Source: Candidatus Uhrbacteria bacterium (lineage in GTDB: Bacteria; Patescibacteriota; Patescibacteriia; UBA9934; GWF2-40-263). Taken from it: a DNA stretch of 64,000 nt. The DNA is taken from contig JACRJU010000012.1 in assembly GCA_016219925.1 (NCBI GenBank), positions 6,723 to 70,722 of the forward strand, in the 5' to 3' direction. Positions 53,039 through 61,297 of this stretch are shown here, one piece after another (position 1 is the stretch's first letter; every line of letters starts with the position of its first letter). The position numbers and the translations under genes were made by a program. The notes under the pieces were generated by a model. That model made no database searches, was not told the DNA's origin, and saw only the letters and a program-made list of their open reading frames with translations.

Positions 53039-53781
53039 ACGGCAAGATGCGCGACGACAACATAATATCTTGGTTCATATCCTGCCCCAAAGGGGATAAC
53101 TTCCGCACTCTGTGTTCGGTCATAGATCGCAAAACGATGTCCCCTAAGTCGTTCCAGAAAAGAGATCGATTTTCTTACAAGAACATTGGATAAAATCTTT
53201 CTTCTCACTCTTTGTCCACGAATAGCAGTCGCCTGAAACCCATGCTGATGTAACAGATCAATGAGCTCGTTCAGACGATACTCTCTAAAGTGATGGGTAT
53301 TTTTAGGAGTGATCGACCCTGGAGAGGTGATGCGTTTATTGGGGGTCGAAATAATCAGTGTGCCGGACGGTTTTAGTAGGCGGTACAATTCTTTTAGATA
53401 GAGATCTCTTTCATGATCATTCAGATGCTCAATAGTCTCGAAAGATACGATTACATCAAAAAATTTTTCTTCAAAGTTTAGGTTGGTCGCATTCCCGCAT
53501 CGGTACTCAAGCCTTTGGCCCGAGTAGTGTTGTTTTGCATAGTTGATAACATCCTGAGACAAGTCGACTCCGTAGACAAAAAAAGCTCCAACCTCTCCCA
53601 TCATTTTTGTTCCATAACCGACCCCACAAGCTACATCTAGAACCGTTTTTCCTTTAACAAAATCTTTCGCGAATTGATATCGAGCCAGATGTTCTTCTTC
53701 GGTTTTTTCAGGGGACTTTCCGGGGATCATTTGTTCACCGGAAAAAAGAATGTTTTGAGGTGAGGGCATAGGTGAGATCAA
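53035..53781 (-). CDS. class I SAM-dependent methyltransferase
   Basis: 248 aa; VLDVACGVGYGT, DLSQDV, VVSFETIEHL motifs. Confidence 0.75.
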   Translation of the reverse strand: MISPMPSPQNILFSGEQMIPGKSPEKTEEEHLARYQFAKDFVKGKTVLDVACGVGYGTKMMGEVGAFFVYGVDLSQDVINYAKQHYSGQRLEYRCGNATNLNFEEKFFDVIVSFETIEHLNDHERDLYLKELYRLLKPSGTLIISTPNKRITSPGSITPKNTHHFREYRLNELIDLLHQHGFQATAIRGQRVRRKILSNVLVRKSISFLERLRGHRFAIYDRTQSAEVIPFGAGYEPRYYVVVAHLAV

Positions 53782-54808
53782 ACAGGTCCTTTGTGACCTT
53801 TTTTGGAGTGAGATTTTTTTGAAAAAATAGGTATCCAGCTTCGGAAATTTTTTCTAGAAGTTCTGGAGCCTCTGTGAGTTCCAAAATTTTTTCTGCAAGA
53901 GCTTTTGGATCCGCCATATTGACCAGAAATATTTCCTGATTGTCTGTAAGGAGCTCTCGTATTGCCGGGGAGTCACCTGTGATGCACGGACACTTTGAAG
54001 CAAGGGCCTCATAAACTTTGTTTGGGATGACGCGTTTCGCTTTTTGTGTGTTTCCGAATATACCCAAACAGACGTTGGCGTGACTCATTAAGGTCCCCAA
54101 GTCTCTGTATGGCACGTTGTCGGTGAATGTGACATTTGTGACTTGAAGCTGTTCCGCCATATACCGAATAGATGCATACGTTTGTCCTTGCCCTATAATA
54201 TTGAAGCGAATGTTTTTTTGTTCAAGCATTTTAGCTGCTTGGATAATGTATTCAATTCCTTGAAGTGGAATAAATGTCCCATGAAAGTGGATAGTGAATA
54301 CCGTATCTCTTATTTGTTTCTTTTTAGGGAATATCATTCGGTCGTCCGAGCCGACGAGGACTCGTTGAAATTTTTCTCGTTCAATTCTGAATGTTTTTAC
54401 GAAATAGTCGATGTGTGTTTTCGTGTCTAATAGTACCTTATCAGCTAATCGACACGAGAAGTAATCTTGAAGCCAGTAGTAAATACTTCTTAGGCTTCTT
54501 GGTTTTGCATAGGTTCTATCAAAAATACGCGAGTCATATACTGAGATGAACGCATCAAAAATAAGAGGCTTTCGAGATAAGATCCAAGCGAGAAAAATGA
54601 CCCGTTGTCCTGGGTAACCGACGAGCATGATGTCATACTGATTTCTGAGTACCCAGTACTTCTTGAGTAAATCGACATATTTCCTTAGGCCAGTTTGTTT
54701 TGAATGACACCGAATAATCTTCGCTCCATTTTCTTCAAGTCCTCGAATGAGGATTCTACTTCGAGAATACTCAGGGTCGTAAATCCCAAAGTAACAAATA
54801 GTCATCAT
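53735..54808 (-). CDS. glycosyltransferase, GT-B fold (GT4-like)
   Basis: 357 aa; MTICYFGIYDPEYSRSR N-terminus and C-terminal VYEALASKCPCITGD motif. Confidence 0.5.
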   Translation of the reverse strand: MMTICYFGIYDPEYSRSRILIRGLEENGAKIIRCHSKQTGLRKYVDLLKKYWVLRNQYDIMLVGYPGQRVIFLAWILSRKPLIFDAFISVYDSRIFDRTYAKPRSLRSIYYWLQDYFSCRLADKVLLDTKTHIDYFVKTFRIEREKFQRVLVGSDDRMIFPKKKQIRDTVFTIHFHGTFIPLQGIEYIIQAAKMLEQKNIRFNIIGQGQTYASIRYMAEQLQVTNVTFTDNVPYRDLGTLMSHANVCLGIFGNTQKAKRVIPNKVYEALASKCPCITGDSPAIRELLTDNQEIFLVNMADPKALAEKILELTEAPELLEKISEAGYLFFQKNLTPKKVTKDLFDLTYALTSKHSFFR

Positions 54809-54814
54809 ACATCC

Positions 54815-55864
54815 CTAGTTAAACCAAGAAAGCCATGTGAGTTTCAGTCGCATGTTGAATTGTCGGGAAGTAAGAAAGAGCCGGTGAGATCGTTGGGGGA
54901 GGAGGTCTGTTTTTTGAGAAATGAGTTGTTCGAACAGGTGTATATAGTCATGACACATCGCTTCGCTTGAAAAAGGATATCGTTCAAGTTGTTGTGTATA
55001 GAAGTCGTAGTTGTTGAGAAGGTTTGTAAGGCTTACTTCGACATCTTTTGGTCCCTCAAAGCCAACCCCATAGTCCTGGCAGTACTCTGGTAGGGCGCCG
55101 CTTATACGGAATAAGATCGGCAAACCGCACAATGTGGCTTCGATGTGGTGCATCCCCGCCGGCTCGTTAAGAGAGGCAGAGATATACACGTCATGTCGGT
55201 GGAGCTCTTGTGCAAGCTCGGCTCCCGACAGGGGAGGAATGACATGGATGGCCTTGAGGGGGGTCTTCGCGGGGACATTTCCGATATACGTGAATTCGAG
55301 TTGTTCGCCGAGGTTGGTTGTGGCGAGCAAGTGGTCAAGGTGCATGTAGACATCCCATCCCTTGTTCCAGTTCGCGCTCCAGTGGTGTGTGACCAGTCGA
55401 ATTTTTCGGTCCATTGGGAGGTGTTTTTTTTGATAGGTAAAGATCGAACGATCGCCTCCATTTTTTATCACAGAGATGTTCTTTGTGAAGGGATTTTGTT
55501 TTCGGTGTAGCTGTTCAAGCCAGGCAGAGATAAAGATGGTGTGGTCCATGATTTCGTTCGCGGCAGAGAGCAGTCGATTAAGACGGTGGGTTCCTTTGCG
55601 TTCATCACATTCGTTTACTCGCTGGACGAGCAGAACCGATGGGTTGATGTCGTGGACATAACGCATGATCTGGAGCGGACCGAAAGCAACGGACGACAGG
55701 GATGTCCGCGGATCCGTCATGAGAATAAGATCAAGGTCCGGTTGATGCAGGTCAAAGAACACCTCATGGCCATGCTCGCGCAGGTATTGGGTGAGGAGTT
55801 TACCGAACTGGTTTCCCCCTCCAAACGCTCCTTCTTGGATGTGCATGCCGATAGCAATCTTCAT
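54815..55864 (-). CDS. glycosyltransferase family 4-like
   Basis: 349 aa; MKIAIGMH... N-terminus, NEPAGMHHIEATLCGLPIL motif. Confidence 0.6.
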   Translation of the reverse strand: MKIAIGMHIQEGAFGGGNQFGKLLTQYLREHGHEVFFDLHQPDLDLILMTDPRTSLSSVAFGPLQIMRYVHDINPSVLLVQRVNECDERKGTHRLNRLLSAANEIMDHTIFISAWLEQLHRKQNPFTKNISVIKNGGDRSIFTYQKKHLPMDRKIRLVTHHWSANWNKGWDVYMHLDHLLATTNLGEQLEFTYIGNVPAKTPLKAIHVIPPLSGAELAQELHRHDVYISASLNEPAGMHHIEATLCGLPILFRISGALPEYCQDYGVGFEGPKDVEVSLTNLLNNYDFYTQQLERYPFSSEAMCHDYIHLFEQLISQKTDLLPQRSHRLFLTSRQFNMRLKLTWLSWFN

Positions 55865-56916
55865 ACGTATAAAGATTCAGAATATCGTCGGGCGATTTTT
55901 TTCCAATCAAAGGAGGGGATACCCGCTAAGGCATGCGAGACCAGTCGATTGCGTAGACCCGCATCTTTCAGGAGATGCTGCACGACTTGTGATAGTCCAA
56001 GGCTATCCGTTGCGGCCAGGAGAACGGTTTCCATATTGACCGCGATATCTGACACCATTCCCACACGCGTGGATACGACCGGCACACCACTGGCCCAAGC
56101 TTCAAGCAAGGATTTTGGACCACCCTCCAGACGCGACGTAATGAGGTAGAGATCCAGCGTATGATACATCATCGGTAACTGTGTTGTGTCTTGCAGATAG
56201 GTATGGATGTAGTCAATCTCGAGCTCGTCGAGTCGGTGTTTCACATATCCACGTGCTGGACCTGTGAGGAGAATGAGTGGACGGCGGTCTTTCAGTCGAG
56301 CGATCGTTTCAACCAGGACGTCAGGGCCTTTGATGAGTTTGGGTTCAAGCCCCTCGCCCCACCCCACTCCATCTTTTTGAAATGATCCAATAACGAGACG
56401 ATCAGGATCAATTCCGAGACGTTTACGTATTTCGCGTTTTTGTTCCTGGATTACAGGAGTAAACAATGTTGTATCGACTCCCAGAGGAATGACGACGACT
56501 TTGTGCTCGTCAATTCCCGCCGCCACGAGCGTTTGTTTCGTGGATTCGCAGGAGGTGTGGATGACGTCGACTTCTTGTTGCACTTGGGCGAGTCGCTCCA
56601 GTCGTGGGTCTCCCTCTTCTACGTGGAACCAGGTGAGGACGATGCGATTAGATGGATGGGGACGGTTCCAGCCAGTCTTGGTGAAGAACGTGTTGATAGA
56701 GCCAAAGTGTACGATCTGGTTTTCAATGAGACACGGGCAATAGGTGATACGCGCGCGGATGAGACCTTGTTGATTTAGAGCGTGCGTGATCGATTCACCA
56801 TCATGTTTGATCGACCAATCGTATGTCTCAACGATGTAGGCCAACGTGAATCCGCGCCATCCTGAAGTCAGATTGCCGATGATGCCTGTTAGTCGAAGGA
56901 GAATACGTTTGATCAT
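55861..56916 (-). CDS. glycosyltransferase family 4
   Basis: 351 aa; EGGPKSLLEAWASGVPVVSTRVG motif. Confidence 0.75.
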   Translation of the reverse strand: MIKRILLRLTGIIGNLTSGWRGFTLAYIVETYDWSIKHDGESITHALNQQGLIRARITYCPCLIENQIVHFGSINTFFTKTGWNRPHPSNRIVLTWFHVEEGDPRLERLAQVQQEVDVIHTSCESTKQTLVAAGIDEHKVVVIPLGVDTTLFTPVIQEQKREIRKRLGIDPDRLVIGSFQKDGVGWGEGLEPKLIKGPDVLVETIARLKDRRPLILLTGPARGYVKHRLDELEIDYIHTYLQDTTQLPMMYHTLDLYLITSRLEGGPKSLLEAWASGVPVVSTRVGMVSDIAVNMETVLLAATDSLGLSQVVQHLLKDAGLRNRLVSHALAGIPSFDWKKIARRYSESLYV

Positions 56917-57569
56917 GTGTTGGTTGTGACCACGACCGCCCAGATTTCGCCAAACTGAATCGAGGAAGACGCTACGGCGAATCCCGCTTCCTGAAGTTCG
57001 ACCATGAAGCCCGAAAATATGTACTCGGTGAAGTGAGTCGTGTCTAGCCGATATTCGATCCCCAGTTCTTTTTTGTAGAGCGTGATCCAGTCGCGGTCGA
57101 TCATGGGAACGCGAATAAGGAAGAGGGGGGCGAGGTGTTTGATTTTCGACAGAAACTCGACGCGATGTTCGATGTGTTCCAACACGTTTGAGAGGACAAC
57201 GACATCAAATTGTTCGTGGGGCGAAAAGGTCGTCGCATCTTCCACGCGATATGTGAGGTTCTCACGGGCGAACCGATTTGTCCACGCCTCTTGGTTTTTT
57301 GCGTTTAGGTCGATCCCAACGACATGACTCGCTTTGCCTGCTAGGTCATAGGCGAGCGCTCCGTTCCCGCACCCGATATCCAGAACGCGGTCGCTTGAAC
57401 GAACGTGATCGAGGAAAAACTGGTGGTAATTCATCAGCCGATGTTTGGGATGCAAGCCCCCCTCGGTCTTGATGGCGAGGTGGCTTGCAAGTCGGTAACT
57501 GAAGCTGTGGAACCTCAGGGCGAGACGGACGAGGATTTTTTGCATACGAGAAGCAACATATGGCCACAA
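56913..57569 (-). CDS. class I SAM-dependent methyltransferase
   Basis: 218 aa; VLDIGCGNGALAYDLAG, GIDLN, VVLSNVLEHI motifs. Confidence 0.75.
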   Translation of the reverse strand: MWPYVASRMQKILVRLALRFHSFSYRLASHLAIKTEGGLHPKHRLMNYHQFFLDHVRSSDRVLDIGCGNGALAYDLAGKASHVVGIDLNAKNQEAWTNRFARENLTYRVEDATTFSPHEQFDVVVLSNVLEHIEHRVEFLSKIKHLAPLFLIRVPMIDRDWITLYKKELGIEYRLDTTHFTEYIFSGFMVELQEAGFAVASSSIQFGEIWAVVVTTNT

Positions 57570-58321
57570 AGACGAGAGAAGAAAATGGTGAACAGATATC
57601 GGATGGCACGGGCGGATGCTGAACGGCTGTTGTACAGTTTTTGGAGCGGGAGATGGAGGAACGCGATTTCATCCTTGATTCCTTTAAGAGCATCGTAGGG
57701 GTAAGACTCCGCACATGCAAATCCTTGCGTTTCCAGCTCACGAACGACTCGCTCCTTGTCCAGCATAAACTCGTAGAAGGTTGTGGGGTCAGTGGAAGAG
57801 TCAAAGCGTGGGTACAATCCGAAGTGTGCCTTCATTCGACGCAGAGGAGACATCCAGGGGAATGTGAGAAAGAGCGTGCCGGCAGGCTTTAAGACACGGT
57901 GGGCCTCCTTCGTAATCGGAGCGAATCCGTCCCAAAAGTGTTCGATGACGCCCAAGGACCAGTATCCATCAAAAAAGGCGTTGGGAAATGTTGTTGCCCG
58001 AACATCTTGGGCGGAGACTTGGAGAGAGGGGACCAACGCATTGGTTGTTGCAATGGCCTGTTGTGCGTAGTCGACTCCGCATGCGTCGTAGCCCCAGGAT
58101 CTCATCGCGAAGACGACCTGTCCGGTTCCACACCCACCTTCAAGAATGCGCCCACCGGAAGAGAGGTATTTTTTGGTGAAGCGCTCGATGAAGTGGTGTG
58201 TCTTTCCAGAAGAGATATTTTTTTTAAGATCCTTTTGGTTCCATTGTTCATCCCAAGATTCAGGCGTCGCTTCCCGCTGGAATAAAGCAAGTCGTTTGTT
58301 GGTTGGGTCGTAGGCGATCAT
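57515..58321 (-). CDS. class I SAM-dependent methyltransferase
   Basis: 268 aa; ILEGGCGTGQVVFAM, GVDYAQ, LGVIEHF motifs. Confidence 0.75.
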   Translation of the reverse strand: MIAYDPTNKRLALFQREATPESWDEQWNQKDLKKNISSGKTHHFIERFTKKYLSSGGRILEGGCGTGQVVFAMRSWGYDACGVDYAQQAIATTNALVPSLQVSAQDVRATTFPNAFFDGYWSLGVIEHFWDGFAPITKEAHRVLKPAGTLFLTFPWMSPLRRMKAHFGLYPRFDSSTDPTTFYEFMLDKERVVRELETQGFACAESYPYDALKGIKDEIAFLHLPLQKLYNSRSASARAIRYLFTIFFSRLCGHMLLLVCKKSSSVSP

Positions 58322-59448
58322 ATATCATAAAGGGAGACTTCCGTTTGAATGGCTCGTTCAAGTGAGGCGTAGCCAACGATGAATTCATGCGCCGTCATCC
58401 CAAGCTTGGCTCGTTGAGCCGGATCAGCAAGAAGACTTGTGATCGCCTGTCGGATGGACGAGGAATTCGTCTCGCATAACACACCGGTTTTCCCATCCTC
58501 AATGAGAGAGGCAATCCCCTCGACGTTCGTACCGATTACAGGGAGTCCACAAGCCATCGCCTCTAAGAGGGCTTTGGGGTTGCCCTCGTGAAGAGAGGGG
58601 AGGACAAAGAGTTCACACGTATTGAGTGCCTCAGGAAGCTGTTCGTTTGGGATATTCCCGCGGAAGCTCGCGTGGACCCCGAGTCGTTGTGCTTGTTGTT
58701 CGAGCGTCATTCGTAAAGGGCCGTCGCCATACAGTACTAAGTGGATGTTCGTTCCCTGGAGTGACTCGATAAGGTTCGTGAGGTTTTTTTCAGGTGAGAG
58801 CCTTCCCACGAAGCACACACGGTCGTTTTCTTTTTTGATGTCCGTGAAGGGGCGGAAGTGTTCTGAATCGACGTAGTTTGGGATCACATGGACCTTTTGC
58901 CCAGGGATTTGGTACCGGCGGACGATGTAGTCTGCCGCCGCTCGTGTCGTTACAATGACGATCCGTGCCGCGCGGTAGACCCAAGCCTCGATCCATTCGA
59001 TCATCAGTCGTTTAGAATAACGGGAGTATTTTTGCTTATGGAATAACGACCACTGATATCCCGCACGGACGATGAGGGGTTTGCGGAAAAACCAATGTGT
59101 GAGAAGGGCAGGGATGGCGCCAGCGACTTGATGGATGCGGATGACGTCGGCATGTTTCAGAGTGCGCCAGTAAACGAAGGGGAGAAGTGTGCCGTAGAGA
59201 AGATTTGGAACGGGGAATTGTTTGGGAAAAATTTTTATGTGACCACGAAGTCGGTCGACGTAGCGATGATCGTTGCGTCCGTAAGTAAAGAACCAAACTT
59301 CGCCAACGCGAGCGGCGAGCTCCTCATAAAATCGGACCTCACGCGAAAACATTCCGCGCTTCTCCCAAAGCTCGAGAGAAACGCCGTGCGTGAAAAAGAC
59401 TGCGAGCGTGCGTTTAGGTGTGTGTGTCATGTGGGGCTGGGGCGTCAC
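58318..59448 (-). CDS. glycosyltransferase family 4
   Basis: 376 aa; EGNPKALLEAMACGLPVIGTNVEG motif. Confidence 0.8.
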   Translation of the reverse strand: MTPQPHMTHTPKRTLAVFFTHGVSLELWEKRGMFSREVRFYEELAARVGEVWFFTYGRNDHRYVDRLRGHIKIFPKQFPVPNLLYGTLLPFVYWRTLKHADVIRIHQVAGAIPALLTHWFFRKPLIVRAGYQWSLFHKQKYSRYSKRLMIEWIEAWVYRAARIVIVTTRAAADYIVRRYQIPGQKVHVIPNYVDSEHFRPFTDIKKENDRVCFVGRLSPEKNLTNLIESLQGTNIHLVLYGDGPLRMTLEQQAQRLGVHASFRGNIPNEQLPEALNTCELFVLPSLHEGNPKALLEAMACGLPVIGTNVEGIASLIEDGKTGVLCETNSSSIRQAITSLLADPAQRAKLGMTAHEFIVGYASLERAIQTEVSLYDI

Positions 59449-60268
59449 GGTGTTCCATCTCTACCAAACTTGAGTTGTTTTCAATTATCTCCTGAAGGAA
59501 TCGTGGGTTGTAGCCCTTGCTTTTGGCCGCCTGCACGAGGGCCAGAATGTCCTTAGGCAGGCATTTTCCTTTGAATCCCCGGTCGCTTGGGAACACGGCC
59601 GTATGCATCCGCTCGACGCGTGGATCCAGGAGCCAACCCTCTCGCACCGCGTACCAGTCCGCCCCGAGAGCCTGGCAGATGTTGTACATCTCGTTGATAA
59701 AGGTGAGCTTGATCGCGAAGTAGGTGTTCTCCATGTACTTGATGACTTCTGCGGAGAGGCTTGTTGTTTTGAAGTAGGTTTTGGTCGGCCCAAGGATTGG
59801 GATGAGCAAATCGAAGTAGTCATTGCAATCTTGGTCGCTTCCACCCGCGATCACAAACGGCACCTCCTTCATGTTATTGTTGAAGAACGGATTGTAGTAC
59901 TTGCTCTCCCCCACGTATTCGGGTGAGAACACAAGCCGCTTCCCGCTCTTCGTGCGCAGTTCATCGGTGGTGCCGGGTGTCACCGTTGATTTTATGACGA
60001 TAAGCTGACTATTCAAGTTTTCCAATGTCCTTTCGACGAGTGAGACATCACAACTTCCATCTTCCGCTTGTGGTGTTGGGACGCAAATTGCGCTCAGGCA
60101 GCAATCTTCAAATCCATTTAGTGAGTTTGTAAAGGTGATGTTCCCTTGATTGTGTTCTGGTGTGTAGGCAGGATCATAGATCATCACGTCATAGTGATTT
60201 TTCACCATATTGACGAAAGCCTTTCCGACGTAGCCGTAACCAATCACGGCGATTTTTTTCTGTGGCAT
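59414..60268 (-). CDS. UDP-glucose/GDP-mannose dehydrogenase-family protein, short form lacking the canonical C-terminal UDP-binding domain
   Basis: 284 aa; N-terminal Rossmann KIAVIGYGYVGKAF, catalytic GKCLPKD (Cys) in the central domain, then the protein ends; overlaps the next gene by 35 nt. Confidence 0.65.
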   Translation of the reverse strand: MPQKKIAVIGYGYVGKAFVNMVKNHYDVMIYDPAYTPEHNQGNITFTNSLNGFEDCCLSAICVPTPQAEDGSCDVSLVERTLENLNSQLIVIKSTVTPGTTDELRTKSGKRLVFSPEYVGESKYYNPFFNNNMKEVPFVIAGGSDQDCNDYFDLLIPILGPTKTYFKTTSLSAEVIKYMENTYFAIKLTFINEMYNICQALGADWYAVREGWLLDPRVERMHTAVFPSDRGFKGKCLPKDILALVQAAKSKGYNPRFLQEIIENNSSLVEMEHRDAPAPHDTHT

Positions 60269-60269
60269 A

Positions 60270-61232
60270 TTATATTTTGTAGTATTCTTTATACCACTTT
60301 ACAAACCGTTCGATCCCTTCTTTAAGTCCTACGCGTGGTTCCCACCCAAGCAGCGCGCGAGCACGAGAATTGTCAGCATAGGTTCGTATGACGTCGCCCG
60401 GCTGCATCGGCAGGAATTTTTTTTGTGCTTCTTTCTGACAGCATTGTTCGATGAATTCGATACATTCCATGAGAGCATTTGGATTGCCTTGGCCCAGATT
60501 GATAATTTCCCACGGCAAGTTTTTTTCGAATGCTTTGACCGTTCCGTCTACGATGTCATCGATATAAGTGAAATCACGTTCCGTTTGTCCGTGGCCATAA
60601 ATATCAATGGTTTCCCCATTCAGGACTTGATGCGTGAATTTGAAAATGGCCATATCAGGCCGACCCCACGGACCGTACACTGTGAAGTAGCGCAGACAAG
60701 TGATCGGGATGTTGTAGAGGTGGTGATACGAGTGTGCAATCGCTTCGAGGCTTTTTTTAGTCGCTCCGTAAAGAGAGATCGGCATGTCGGTCGAGTCTTC
60801 TTCACTCACGGGGTAGCGTTTTGCATTCCCATAGACCGACGAGCTCGATGCGACGGTCATGCCTTTGACACCAAATTTTTTGGCGAGTTCAAAAAGATTG
60901 ATCGATCCGACCAGATTTGAATCGGAGTAGAGAAACGGATTTTCCATGGAATAACGCACTCCGGCTTGGGCCGCCAGATGGATGATATGATCTATGCGAT
61001 GCTCTTGGAAGATATCACCGAGAGCGTCATAATTTTTGATATCAAGGCGGTAGACTCGGTAGTCTCCTTCAAGCAAGCGATTGATTCTCGCTTCTTTTAA
61101 AGAGGGTTCGTAGTAATCATTGAAATTATCGACAATAATGACTCTATGTCCGGCCTCTAGGAGTTTTTTTGCGGTATGAACACCAATAAAACCAGCTCCT
61201 CCAGTTACAAGAATCGTTTTGGTTTCGGGCAT
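60270..61232 (-). CDS. NAD-dependent NDP-sugar epimerase (UDP-glucuronate/UDP-glucose 4-epimerase family, SDR extended)
   Basis: 320 aa; TGGAGFIG, the YxxxK region (YGATKKSLE) and the C-terminal substrate domain. Confidence 0.85.
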   Translation of the reverse strand: MPETKTILVTGGAGFIGVHTAKKLLEAGHRVIIVDNFNDYYEPSLKEARINRLLEGDYRVYRLDIKNYDALGDIFQEHRIDHIIHLAAQAGVRYSMENPFLYSDSNLVGSINLFELAKKFGVKGMTVASSSSVYGNAKRYPVSEEDSTDMPISLYGATKKSLEAIAHSYHHLYNIPITCLRYFTVYGPWGRPDMAIFKFTHQVLNGETIDIYGHGQTERDFTYIDDIVDGTVKAFEKNLPWEIINLGQGNPNALMECIEFIEQCCQKEAQKKFLPMQPGDVIRTYADNSRARALLGWEPRVGLKEGIERFVKWYKEYYKI

Positions 61233-61297
61233 AGCGGCTGTATTTTACACAGAATTTTAAATAGAGCACAATGTGAGACATATCGCAAAATGCCTGT

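Noticed and set aside
61233-61297. Divergent promoter between the epimerase (-) and the Wzy_C ligase (+), with a TTTACA-17-CACAAT candidate
   Set aside because: Match to consensus is modest (-10 box CACAAT) and several alternatives exist in this AT-rich spacer; not confident enough to annotate as a feature.
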